Shown here: in pieces, positions 9,262 to 18,231 of the stretch
Numbering within the stretch: position 1 is the stretch's first letter
Layout: each line of letters opens with the position of its first letter
Source: Candidatus Nomurabacteria bacterium
GTDB lineage: Bacteria; Patescibacteriota; Minisyncoccia; Phycocordibacterales; UBA9973
Reading direction: 5' to 3'
Assembly: GCA_016699085.1 (NCBI GenBank)
Contig: CP064958.1
Span: forward strand, 604,619-668,618
DNA: 64,000 bases
The notes under the pieces: generated by a model
Databases searched by the model: none
What the model was told of the DNA's origin: nothing
The model's input: only the letters and a program-made list of their open reading frames with translations
Position numbers and translations under genes: made by a program

Positions 9262-10975
9262 GAGTTTTGCATTAATGCTTATAGCACTCACCTTTGGGTG
9301 CTTTTGGCTTTTTCAGTCCGCAGACTTATTGCCAATTACAGTCTTTGCTGATGAAATCATAGTAGAGGAAGATCCGGTAAGTGTTAATGCAGTCGTTGGG
9401 TCAGGTGATGGTGGGGAAGATACAGGCGGTGGTGGAGGTTCAGTTTCGTACTGCCAAGACGCAGCTGCAACAAATTTTGGAGATGTGCTGCCTTGTCAAT
9501 ACTCTCCATTGCCGACGACGTGCGTAAATCCACTTGCAACAAACTATGGAGGTGATTTGCCATGTGTTTTTGCAGTAGAGAATTTATGTCAAGATCCTGA
9601 TGCAGTAAATTATCAAGGTGTATTGCCGTGCTTCTATGCTCCACCACCACCGAGATGCCAAGACGCAGCCGCGACAAATTTTGGAGAATTTTTACCATGT
9701 ACATATCCTGAATCTCTCTTGTGTCAGGATTTATTTGCAGAAAATTATGGTAATCCACTGCCTTGTAGTTATCAAGAAGACTGTACGGGGCCTGATTGTG
9801 ATGTTCCGTCGCCGTGTGTTGGCACAGGCTGCACGAATGATGAGAGTACTACTCCAGGAGGTGGAGGGACTGGAAATACAAATCCAACAGGACCGAGCGA
9901 TTTTGCGACGGCTATTACCAACGTGGGCATAATTACTGATCAGGTTACTGAGAGCCTTTCAAATGCGCTTACTATTATCGGCAATACGATCCAGAATGTG
10001 ACACCAGTTCTGGTGATGCCTGCAGGTAGTGTAGAAACAAAAATAATTACAACAGGAGGTTTGGTTGGGGCGGGCGTGTTCTCGCTTGCTTCATTGCTGT
10101 TTATAAATCCACTGTCATTTTCAGAAATTATATTCTTGCCGCTTCGTCTATGGTCGTTACTTCTCGCTGCACTAGGATTGTGGAAGCGCCGTCCGCCGTG
10201 GGGAACTGTGTATGATTCAATAACCAAGCAACCGCTTGATCCTGCTTATGTTGTTCTTTACGATAAGGATGGCAAGGAAGCTGCAACATCGATTACAGAT
10301 CTGGATGGGCGATACGGCTTTTTGCCCCACGTTGGCACCTATACGATTACAGTTCAAAAAACCAATTATGAATTTCCGTCTAAAAAATTACAAGGACTTA
10401 CTCATGATGAAATCTATCAAGATTTGTATTTTGGTAGCAGTCTAATAATCAAAGAAGAAGGGGAAGTTATTACTAAAAACATCCCTATGGATCCGCTTAA
10501 TTTTGACTGGAACGAATTTGCTAAGCGCCAAAACAAACTCATGAAATTTTATTCAAAGCGCTATGTTATTTGGAAGCAAATAAGTGACACTCTTTTTGTT
10601 ATCGGTCTTGTGCTGGCATTGATTGCATTCCTTGTTGCTCCAAAACCATACAATACGATCATACTACTGTGTTACTTGGTCTTTCTGTTCCTTCGACAAA
10701 CTAATCTATTTCGTCATCCACTCGGTAGTGTGGTTGAAAAGAGTACAAATGAGCCACTGGCATTTGCTGTCGTACATATATTCCATGCCGGGTCTACCAG
10801 TGAGATTATGCGCAAAGTTGCAGATAAAAGTGGGCGTTTCTACTCATTGGTTCCTAACGGTAAATATTATGTAAAAATAGAGAAAAAGAATGCAGATATG
10901 AGTTATAGTCTCGTTCACACTTCCATGCCGTTTATTGTTCGTAAAGGTCATATCGATACAACGTTTAAAATATAG
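9239..10975 (+). CDS. Membrane/surface protein. It has a signal peptide, six ~20-aa Cys-containing repeats (C-x-D-x-x-A-x-N-Y/F-G-x-x-L-P-C-x-Y), a Gly/Thr linker, TM segments, and two C-terminal carboxypeptidase-regulatory-like (CarboxypepD_reg-type) β-sandwich domains.
   Basis: Repeats read in the translation (CQDAAATNFGDVLPCQY, CVNPLATNYGGDLPCVF, CQDPDAVNYQGVLPCFY, CQDAAATNFGEFLPCTY, CQDLFAENYGNPLPCSY); motifs DLDGRYGF...GTYTITV and DKSGRFYS...GKYYVKI. Start chosen at the internal ATG 9239 with a signal-peptide-like N-terminus; the ORF is open from 9179. Confidence 0.65.
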   Translation: MIWARGYKSFALMLIALTFGCFWLFQSADLLPITVFADEIIVEEDPVSVNAVVGSGDGGEDTGGGGGSVSYCQDAAATNFGDVLPCQYSPLPTTCVNPLATNYGGDLPCVFAVENLCQDPDAVNYQGVLPCFYAPPPPRCQDAAATNFGEFLPCTYPESLLCQDLFAENYGNPLPCSYQEDCTGPDCDVPSPCVGTGCTNDESTTPGGGGTGNTNPTGPSDFATAITNVGIITDQVTESLSNALTIIGNTIQNVTPVLVMPAGSVETKIITTGGLVGAGVFSLASLLFINPLSFSEIIFLPLRLWSLLLAALGLWKRRPPWGTVYDSITKQPLDPAYVVLYDKDGKEAATSITDLDGRYGFLPHVGTYTITVQKTNYEFPSKKLQGLTHDEIYQDLYFGSSLIIKEEGEVITKNIPMDPLNFDWNEFAKRQNKLMKFYSKRYVIWKQISDTLFVIGLVLALIAFLVAPKPYNTIILLCYLVFLFLRQTNLFRHPLGSVVEKSTNEPLAFAVVHIFHAGSTSEIMRKVADKSGRFYSLVPNGKYYVKIEKKNADMSYSLVHTSMPFIVRKGHIDTTFKI

Positions 10976-11000
10976 AAAGAAAATTGCTATACTTACTACT

Positions 11001-11531
11001 ATGCAAAGTAACTATCAAATAAAATTTAAGACGTACGTTGCGCGGGTAGTACTTGCCTCGCTCCTAATTATTATTGGTCTAGTTCCGGTTCTGGTACGCG
11101 CAGCTGCTACTCCGTTACCGCCGACTGCTGTAGGAATATTTAATAATATAGACTCTGTACAAACAAAAGTTGAAAATGCAATTCCGCCAAGTGTCTTAGT
11201 AAACCTGCAGAAAATTTTTACCACCATTGATGCATACCGAGTAACCATAGCAAATGTGATAGTTAGTAAACGCACCTCGCTCGAAAAGAAATTACAAGAT
11301 GTCCTCATACAAAAGTTAGAGAAATCAGATACACTTTTTAATTTTGAAACTAATACGAATGATGAAACCTCTGAGTATAATCCACTCGAAATGGGCATTA
11401 TTCAGTTTGAAGTATTCTTGTTGACGTTTATTTCCTATATATTTACGAGTGTAGTTATTTTCTACATTTGCTTGGCACTTTTGTTGTACTGGCTTATGAG
11501 GGCTTTTTATAGGCTTATTCGAGGCCGGTAA
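11001..11531 (+). CDS. Small secreted/membrane protein (signal peptide, C-terminal TM helix).
   Basis: MQSNYQIKFKTYVARVVLASLLIIIGLVPVLVRAAA signal-like N-terminus; C-terminal hydrophobic helix. The ORF is open from 10935 (TTG). Confidence 0.5.
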   Translation: MQSNYQIKFKTYVARVVLASLLIIIGLVPVLVRAAATPLPPTAVGIFNNIDSVQTKVENAIPPSVLVNLQKIFTTIDAYRVTIANVIVSKRTSLEKKLQDVLIQKLEKSDTLFNFETNTNDETSEYNPLEMGIIQFEVFLLTFISYIFTSVVIFYICLALLLYWLMRAFYRLIRGR

Positions 11532-11574
11532 ATAGGTATAGGCAAGCGTGGTGGGGGTGTGATATACTTTTGCC

Positions 11575-11862
11575 ATGGGAAATATTCTCCACAAGGCTCT
11601 GTATACTGTTATTCTGCTTGGTTCATTTGTCTATTTGCCATTTTGGATAAGCATTTGTATCGGTATTTTAGGTATCTTCTTGTTTAGTTTTGAAATTATC
11701 ACAGTCATTATTTTTTTTGTTGCAGACATGGTGTACGCGGATCATTTTCTGTTACATATGTTTGTCGGCAAAATTGCTCTGACATTATTAGCACTTTTTT
11801 TAGTTGGTATTTCACTTTACATCAAGCCAAAAATTCGCAGTTTACAATACAATGAGAATTAA
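11575..11862 (+). CDS. Small integral membrane protein (2-3 TM helices), function unknown.
   Basis: 95-aa ORF, strongly hydrophobic; overlaps the start of the downstream PBP gene by 11 nt. Confidence 0.4.
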   Translation: MGNILHKALYTVILLGSFVYLPFWISICIGILGIFLFSFEIITVIIFFVADMVYADHFLLHMFVGKIALTLLALFLVGISLYIKPKIRSLQYNEN

Positions 11863-13537
11863 ATTTTATAAAAAGAAAGTGCAACTTTACGAAATCGCAC
11901 CTGATGAGATTTTTCTTGACGCGCAAAATATACCTGAATTCGATACACAGCAGTTTGAAGGCAGACTAGAAAAATCAATCAACAAGAAGACTATCTTTGC
12001 GCTTGGTTTTTTTTCATTGCTATTTGGGATCTTATTTGCTGGAAGAATTGGTATTTTAGAAATTAAAAAAGGTCAAGCATATCTTGATCGAAGTGAATAC
12101 AACAGTCTAGCGACAACTCCACTGTTTGCTGATCGTGGCATTGTTCTTGACCGCAACAATAAAGAATTGATTGCAAATGTTTTAACCACTAGCGAAGATA
12201 CGTTCCCGCACCGTACGTACATCGATTTGCCTGGCTTTGGACATTTATTAGGCTACGTAAGCTACCCCGCTAAAGATAGTAATGGTATTTACTGGCAAGA
12301 AAAGATAATTGGCAAGGATGGTGTCGAAAAGCAATTCAATCAAGAACTTGCTGGAACTAATGGTCTTAAAATTCTTGAAACCGATGCGTTTGGTAATGCA
12401 CAGTCAGAAAATATACTTGATAAGCCAAAAAATGGCGATAATCTTGTCCTTGCCGTTGATGCTGATATTCAAAGTGTTTTATATAATGCAATCAAAGATT
12501 TCACTGCTCAAACAAAATTTGAAGGCGGCGCAGGTGTCATTATGAATGTAGAAACTGGAGAAATTATAGCTATGACTAGTTTCCCTGAATATGATTCGAA
12601 TATATTATCTGAAGGTGCTGATAGGGAGATGATCAATTCATATATTCATGATCCAAGAAAAGTCTTTTTAAATAAAGTCGTTTCTGGACTTTATACACCA
12701 GGGTCCATTGTTAAGCCATTTGTTGCTATTGGGGCATTGTCTGAAGGTATTATTTCACCAGAAAAGCAGATACTAAGTACTGGCTCTATTGCAATCCCTA
12801 ACCCGTATGATCCAGATTTAAAAACTGTGTTTAATGACTGGGAAGCTCATGGTTGGGTCGATCTTCGCCACGCATTAGCAGTATCATCAAATGTGTATTT
12901 TTATGAAATTGGGGGTGGATTTCAAGAGCAAGTAGGTCTTGGTATTGATAACTTACATAAATACGAATCTATGTTTGGTATGGGCAAAAAAACAAATATA
13001 AATATGCCAGGTGAAACGGCTGGCAATATTCCTAATCCAGTATGGAAAGAGAAAAATTTTCCTGGTGATCCTTGGCGAATTGGTGATACATACAATACAG
13101 CAATCGGACAATATGGCGTGCAAGTTACGCCGTTACAGATGGTGCGAGGTATCGCAGCAATAGCCAATTACGGTCGCATGATTACTCCCACTGTACTTAA
13201 AACTGATGATGTGCAAAAAGGTAGCCCAATAGATATTGCTAAAGAAAATTTTACGATTATCCACGAAGCAATGCGGCTCACGGTAACTGAAGGCACTGGT
13301 ACAGTTTTAAATACGCCGGCAGTTATGGTTGCAGCAAAAACAGGTACAGCTCAGGTTGGTATTGCAAAACAGTTTATGAACTCGTGGTCAGTTGGTTTTT
13401 TCCCGTATGAACATCCCAAATATGCGTTTGTTGTACTCGTTGAACGTGGCCCAAAATCAAATACAATCGGGGCTTCGCATGTCATGCGAACCGTGCTTGA
13501 TTATATAAGTGCAAATAAGCCATCTATGCTCGAGTAA
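11852..13537 (+). CDS. mrdA: Penicillin-binding protein 2-type D,D-transpeptidase.
   Basis: SxxK (SIVKP), SxN (SSN) and KTG(T) (KTGTAQ) motifs in order; N-terminal TM anchor; a second PBP (ftsI) lies in the dcw cluster, so this one is assigned to the PBP2 role by context. Confidence 0.8.
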   Translation: MRIKFYKKKVQLYEIAPDEIFLDAQNIPEFDTQQFEGRLEKSINKKTIFALGFFSLLFGILFAGRIGILEIKKGQAYLDRSEYNSLATTPLFADRGIVLDRNNKELIANVLTTSEDTFPHRTYIDLPGFGHLLGYVSYPAKDSNGIYWQEKIIGKDGVEKQFNQELAGTNGLKILETDAFGNAQSENILDKPKNGDNLVLAVDADIQSVLYNAIKDFTAQTKFEGGAGVIMNVETGEIIAMTSFPEYDSNILSEGADREMINSYIHDPRKVFLNKVVSGLYTPGSIVKPFVAIGALSEGIISPEKQILSTGSIAIPNPYDPDLKTVFNDWEAHGWVDLRHALAVSSNVYFYEIGGGFQEQVGLGIDNLHKYESMFGMGKKTNINMPGETAGNIPNPVWKEKNFPGDPWRIGDTYNTAIGQYGVQVTPLQMVRGIAAIANYGRMITPTVLKTDDVQKGSPIDIAKENFTIIHEAMRLTVTEGTGTVLNTPAVMVAAKTGTAQVGIAKQFMNSWSVGFFPYEHPKYAFVVLVERGPKSNTIGASHVMRTVLDYISANKPSMLE

Positions 13538-13542
13538 TAAGA

Positions 13543-13570
13543 TTGACTTTAGCCTATAAATGATTACAAT
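13543..13570 (+). promoter_or_regulatory. Candidate promoter for greA: -35 TTGACT (13543-48), 16-nt spacer, -10 TACAAT (13565-70).
   Basis: Hexamers read directly; the ATG of greA is 7 nt after the -10, implying a short or absent leader. Confidence 0.35.
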
Positions 13571-13576
13571 AATCCA

Positions 13577-14044
13577 ATGAATCAAGACACAGAATACCTA
13601 ACGAAGGATAGAAAAAAGGAGCTTGAAGTCGAATTGCTGAATTTGCAAACGAACAGGCGCAAGGAGATATTAGAAAATTTGGAGTATGCCAAATCTCTTG
13701 GTGATTTGTCTGAGAATGCTGAATATCACCAAGCACGCGAAGAACAAACAAAACTTGAGGAACGAATTTCAAAAATCGAACATGTGCTCAAAGAGTCAAA
13801 AGTCATTGAGCAGCATCACAGTACAACAGTTGAAATCGGCTCAACAGTCCAAATACAAAAGAAAGGCGTCAAGGATGTGCAGACAATGCATGTCGTTGGA
13901 AGTGAAGAGGCTGATATGGCGCAGGGTAAAATATCTCACCGATCACCGCTTGGCAATGCACTCTTAGGCAAGAAAAAGAATGATAGTGTTTCAGTTAAAA
14001 GTCCCAACGGTACAGCAACTTATACCATAATTGCCATTGAATAA
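13577..14044 (+). CDS. greA: Transcription elongation factor GreA.
   Basis: 155 aa; N-terminal coiled-coil ...LGDLSENAEYHQAREEQ... and C-terminal FKBP-like domain typical of GreA. Confidence 0.9.
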   Translation: MNQDTEYLTKDRKKELEVELLNLQTNRRKEILENLEYAKSLGDLSENAEYHQAREEQTKLEERISKIEHVLKESKVIEQHHSTTVEIGSTVQIQKKGVKDVQTMHVVGSEEADMAQGKISHRSPLGNALLGKKKNDSVSVKSPNGTATYTIIAIE

Positions 14045-14058
14045 TAATTCGCCGCACT

Positions 14059-15519
14059 ATGGCGTCATTTGAAGAATTACAACAGGCACGCAAACAGAAA
14101 CTCGACCTACTTATTACAGGCGGTGTTAATCCATATCCAGCATCATCAAAACGAGATACACGAATCGTTGATATTGGTGCGCAATTTGCATCCCTAGAAA
14201 AAGAGCAAAAAACTATCACAATTGCAGGTAGAATCCTTTCTCTGCGAGGACAAGGGGCAATCATATTTGCAAATATTACTGATGGTGGAGCTATATTTCA
14301 GCTGCTTTTCAAGCGTGATGTACTTGGTGATGAAGTATTATCATTTTTTGAAAGTACGATTGATATTGGAGATTTTATCGATGCAACGGGGACTGTTTTT
14401 TTAACAAAAACTAATCAACAAACACTCCAAGTCTCATCATGGCAAATGCTCACGAAGAGTCTTGCCCCACTTCCAGAAAAATGGCATGGGCTTGAGAATT
14501 ATGAAGAGCGGTTCAGAAAACGTTACTTAGATTTACTCTTGAATCCAGAAGAAAGAGAGCTTTTCATAAAAAAAGCAAAGTTCTGGGAAGTGACAAGAAC
14601 ATTCCTCAAAGAGCGAGGATTTTTGGAAGTCGAAACTCCTACACTTGAAATCACAACAGGCGGTGCTGAGGCAAGACCATTTAAGACTCATCACAATGAT
14701 TTTGATCTAGATGTCTATATGAGAATTTCCGTAGGAGAGCTATGGCAGAAACGCCTTATGGCTGCTGGCTTTGAGCGGACATTTGAAATCGGAAGAGCAT
14801 ATAGAAATGAGGGCTCGAGTCCTGAGCATGTTCAAGAATTCACAAATATGGAATTTTATGCAGCTTACATGAATTTGGATGAAGGCAAAAAAATGGTAAG
14901 AGATTTATATATTAAAATCGGGAAAGAAGTATTTGGCAAAACAATTTTTGAGACGCGTGGTCATACATTTGATTTAGAGAGTGAGTGGGCTGAAATTGAT
15001 TATGCTCAAGAGATAGAGAATCGGACAGGTATTGATATATTCTCTGCGACTGAAGATGAAATGATTGCAAAACTGACATCGCTTGGCGTTACATACGAAG
15101 GCAAAAATAGGGAGCGATTGACTGATTCCTTATGGAAATATTGCCGCAAGCAAATAAGCGGGCCTATATATCTTATTAATCATCCAAAGCTCGTTGCTCC
15201 ATTATCTAAAACAAATCCACTTGATCCAAGAAAGACTGAAATGTTCCAAGTTATTATTGGGGGGAGTGAAATAGGGCGCGCTCATGCTGAGCTTAATGAC
15301 CCGATTGATCAGCGAGAGCGTTTCGAAAAACAGCAAACACTTGTTACTGAAGGTGATGAAGAAGCTATGATGGCTGATTATGATTATGTCGAAATGCTTG
15401 AACACGGCATGCCGCCGACATTTGGCTTTGGTTTCGGTGAACGATTCTTCTCATTCTTGGCTGACAAACCTATTAGAGAAACACAACTCTTTCCATTAAT
15501 GAAGCCAAAGGAAAAATAA
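14059..15519 (+). CDS. lysS: Lysyl-tRNA synthetase, class II.
   Basis: Class II motifs (FLEVETP; ERTFEIGRAYRNEG; GGSEIGRAHAELNDP; HGMPPTFGFGFGERF). Confidence 0.95.
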   Translation: MASFEELQQARKQKLDLLITGGVNPYPASSKRDTRIVDIGAQFASLEKEQKTITIAGRILSLRGQGAIIFANITDGGAIFQLLFKRDVLGDEVLSFFESTIDIGDFIDATGTVFLTKTNQQTLQVSSWQMLTKSLAPLPEKWHGLENYEERFRKRYLDLLLNPEERELFIKKAKFWEVTRTFLKERGFLEVETPTLEITTGGAEARPFKTHHNDFDLDVYMRISVGELWQKRLMAAGFERTFEIGRAYRNEGSSPEHVQEFTNMEFYAAYMNLDEGKKMVRDLYIKIGKEVFGKTIFETRGHTFDLESEWAEIDYAQEIENRTGIDIFSATEDEMIAKLTSLGVTYEGKNRERLTDSLWKYCRKQISGPIYLINHPKLVAPLSKTNPLDPRKTEMFQVIIGGSEIGRAHAELNDPIDQRERFEKQQTLVTEGDEEAMMADYDYVEMLEHGMPPTFGFGFGERFFSFLADKPIRETQLFPLMKPKEK

Positions 15520-15565
15520 AAAAGCACTCTATATCAGAATGCTTTTCTTCTCTTAACTAAATAGA

Positions 15566-16450
15566 TCAGTAAACAAAATCTGTAACGGGTGTGCAGATAT
15601 TTTCTCTTTCCGTTATAATTTTCATTGCCTCAAAAACCATTCGATGCCCTGCGCACTGTGTCTTAATCTCGCAGGAGGGCAACATATAGTGAGAAAATAA
15701 ACTTATTTCTCCTAACCGGTCCACCATTGTGTGGGATAAAAATTTTCTTTGCAATTCGTCAGGGCTTATTTCTTCATCGGGCCACACAACAATTTTATGA
15801 TACTCAAGATTGAATAATCTTGATATAAATTTGAAAAGGTTTGAAATCCCCTGAGGTCCAACTGGAAAAATTTCCGCAATAAGTTCGTCCGTTACTGTCC
15901 TACTTGCTCTACCTTTGACTGACAATTTTTTGTAGTCAATTGATACATTTAATTTAGTCACTTCGTGATTCGCAGGACGTATTTCAACAAACTTATAAAG
16001 TCCATTTTCCCTTAGACTTAGTGGTCCGTATGAATTTATAAATGAAAGATATGGAACTTCGTTATTAGTTATTTCTGCATGTTCCATTATTTTTTCAAAC
16101 ATTGTTCCTGAAGTTAGGTACGGAGGCCATGTGCTTGCTGAAATTGCAATACTATCAAGTCCCGTGAATCGTAGTGCTCCAATATGTTCGTAAATAAATA
16201 ATTTTTTCTTCCCATATTGTAAATAAATATTATGCAACTTTGAAATTTTTGCAATTCGATAATCTATTGGGATATATTTATAAGTGTTTTTTTTGGAGGT
16301 AGGTATTTTCCAGAAAATACCCCTTTCTCCATTAGGCATTGGTTCAAACATTATCCAGGCTTCTCCTCCAAAAGGGTTTTTTCCTAGTATAGGAGTCACA
16401 GGTTCTTTGAGTATGATCTGTTTCATTGTCAATTTTTTATTATAATACAA
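15566..16450 (-). CDS. LpxC-like UDP-3-O-acyl-N-acetylglucosamine deacetylase family protein.
   Basis: Conserved catalytic/zinc-ligand blocks align to LpxC: EHIGALRF (E-H), HTMVDRLGE (H-x3-D), CAGHRM (G-H). The true start may be the internal MKQIILK. Confidence 0.6.
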   Translation of the reverse strand: MYYNKKLTMKQIILKEPVTPILGKNPFGGEAWIMFEPMPNGERGIFWKIPTSKKNTYKYIPIDYRIAKISKLHNIYLQYGKKKLFIYEHIGALRFTGLDSIAISASTWPPYLTSGTMFEKIMEHAEITNNEVPYLSFINSYGPLSLRENGLYKFVEIRPANHEVTKLNVSIDYKKLSVKGRASRTVTDELIAEIFPVGPQGISNLFKFISRLFNLEYHKIVVWPDEEISPDELQRKFLSHTMVDRLGEISLFSHYMLPSCEIKTQCAGHRMVFEAMKIITERENICTPVTDFVY

Positions 16451-16508
16451 TTTTTATTTATTTTTGTCAAAGTTTCGTTACTTCAAGTTATCCACAGGGT
16501 ATAGCTTT

Positions 16509-16537
16509 TTGTATTGTGGGAGAAAGTGGAGTATAAT
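16509..16537 (+). promoter_or_regulatory. Putative sigma70-type promoter of the dcw (mraZ) operon: -35 TTGTAT (16509-14), 17-nt spacer, -10 TATAAT (16532-37).
   Basis: Read directly; perfect -10 hexamer and 17-bp spacing upstream of mraZ. Confidence 0.5.
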
Positions 16538-16560
16538 CACATGCAGTGGGATTAAGTGGG
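16516..16560 (+). promoter_or_regulatory. MraZ-box-like operator: four GTGG(G/A) repeats with 10-bp phasing (16516, 16526, 16546, 16556).
   Basis: gtggg-agaaa-gtgga ... gtggg-attaa-gtggg, overlapping the promoter spacer and 5' leader; MraZ is known to bind direct TGGG repeats with 10-bp periodicity. Confidence 0.5.
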
Positions 16561-16572
16561 AAAAATGTTTTT

Positions 16573-17007
16573 ATGCTAATCGGACAATACTCGCATACAT
16601 TGGATGAGAAAAATCGCATATCGCTTCCTGCCAAGTTTCGTAGGGAAATGGGGAAGAAAGTTATTCTTGCGCCTGGACTCGACCAATGTATAGCGATGTA
16701 TACCGAAAGCGAATGGAAACGTGTTTCCGCGAAGTTGGGTGATTCCTCGGTGTTAGCTTCAGACAATAGAAGCTTTAGCCGGTTCATGTTTGGTGGAGCT
16801 GTAGAAACACAACTAGATGGAGCAGGCAGAATCCTCATCCCAGATTTTTTGAAAGAACGAGCAAATCTCAAATCAAAGGTAATTGTTATCGGTGTTCAAA
16901 ATCGCATAGAAATATGGAATGAACGTATCTGGGAAGACTACAAACAGCAGATAGATGCAAAAGCCGATCAATTAGCAGAGAAATTGGGGCAGCTTGGTGT
17001 CTTATAA
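16573..17007 (+). CDS. mraZ: Transcriptional regulator MraZ.
   Basis: Two SpoVT/AbrB-like halves with DEKNRISLP and DGAGRILIP (DxxxR motifs); start chosen at ATG 16573. The ORF is open from GTG 16546. Confidence 0.9.
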   Translation: MLIGQYSHTLDEKNRISLPAKFRREMGKKVILAPGLDQCIAMYTESEWKRVSAKLGDSSVLASDNRSFSRFMFGGAVETQLDGAGRILIPDFLKERANLKSKVIVIGVQNRIEIWNERIWEDYKQQIDAKADQLAEKLGQLGVL

Positions 17008-17893
17008 CATGCATACAAGTGTTCTTTTACGCGAAGTTATAGATGGTTTGGCGATACAAAAAGGAGATATTGTCGTCGATGCAACATTAGGCGGTGGTGG
17101 TCATGCTGAAGCAATACTAGACGCATTTGGAGACAGTATTACGTTTGTTGGTTTTGATGCTGATAGTAGTGCAATTGATCGAGTAGGGCAGAGACTACAA
17201 CAGTGGCATCTGCATTTAATCAATGCAAACTTTAGATCTATGCAGGTAGCATTGGAGAATGTAGGAATTTCAAAAATAGACAGAATTATGTTTGATCTTG
17301 GTATTAGCTCTTTTCAATTAGAAACAAGCGGGCGAGGCATATCATTTAGTAAAGATGAGCCACTCGTGATGACACTCTCGGACACGCCTACAGAAGAAAC
17401 TTTAACAGCACGAGATATTGTTAATGCTTGGGATGAAGAAGCAATTGCCAATGTGCTCTACGCTTACGGCGAGGAAACATATGCAAGACGGATCGCCAAA
17501 GGTATCGTTACTGCCCGGAAAGTGAATCCTATAGAGACAACATTTGCTCTCGTTGAGATCATCAAGCAAAGCGTTCCAAAAGCTTACACCTATGGGAAAA
17601 AGCATTGTGCAACGAAGACATTTCAAGCCTTGAGGATTGCAGTCAATGACGAATTAGATACACTGCGCACTGGGTTAGAGACAAGTTTTGAACTTTTAGC
17701 AAGTGGTGGACGAATGGCAGTAATTTCATTTCATAGTCTAGAAGACCGAATCGTTAAACATTTTATATTAGAAAAAAAAGAAGCAGGCATAGGATTTTCA
17801 TTACATAAAAAGCCGATTGAACCATCCGAAGAAGAGATCAAAAGTAATCCACGTTCTCGAAGTGCAAAATTAAGAATTTTAGAAAAAAAATGA
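16994..17893 (+). CDS. rsmH: 16S rRNA (cytosine1402-N4)-methyltransferase RsmH (MraW).
   Basis: HTSVLLREVIDGL...DATLGGGGHAEAIL SAM-binding N-terminus; follows mraZ. Confidence 0.95.
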   Translation: MVSYNMHTSVLLREVIDGLAIQKGDIVVDATLGGGGHAEAILDAFGDSITFVGFDADSSAIDRVGQRLQQWHLHLINANFRSMQVALENVGISKIDRIMFDLGISSFQLETSGRGISFSKDEPLVMTLSDTPTEETLTARDIVNAWDEEAIANVLYAYGEETYARRIAKGIVTARKVNPIETTFALVEIIKQSVPKAYTYGKKHCATKTFQALRIAVNDELDTLRTGLETSFELLASGGRMAVISFHSLEDRIVKHFILEKKEAGIGFSLHKKPIEPSEEEIKSNPRSRSAKLRILEKK

Positions 17894-18231
17894 CCTTACA
17901 CCAAGTACACACCAATACACATGCATTAGCAAAAGCCAGAGGCAAGCAGCTTTTTTATATACTCATTTCGGTTATTGTCCTGGCTTTCTGTGTCTATGTG
18001 TATTTTCTCGGCAGAACAGTGTTTGCTGTCGTCGTAAGGAAAAATATTGAGAATAATATCCGCACAAAAGTTACTGCTATTAGTGAGTTAGAACTTGCTT
18101 ATTTGTCAAAGAATAATACGATTGATCCAAATTTGCTGCAGAAAGAAGGATATGTTGCGCCAGAAAAAATGTATTTCATTTCAAGAGAAAATACCGTTGG
18201 ACTAGCATCAGTCAAGGGCTATGACCTCTAA
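17890..18231 (+). CDS. ftsL: FtsL-like cell-division protein (single TM helix).
   Basis: 113-aa bitopic protein between rsmH and ftsI, the canonical ftsL position; sequence itself is uninformative. Confidence 0.5.
   Translation: MTLHQVHTNTHALAKARGKQLFYILISVIVLAFCVYVYFLGRTVFAVVVRKNIENNIRTKVTAISELELAYLSKNNTIDPNLLQKEGYVAPEKMYFISRENTVGLASVKGYDL

Noticed and set aside
11015-11594. Minus-strand ORFs 11015..11398 and 11325..11594.
   Set aside because: They overlap the better-supported plus-strand secreted-protein and membrane-protein ORFs and have no start context or motifs.
15523-15560. Hairpin AAAAGCA-N13-TGCTTTT between convergent lysS and the LpxC-like gene.
   Set aside because: The stem is short and AT-rich with a 13-nt loop; it may act as a weak bidirectional terminator but is too weak to call.
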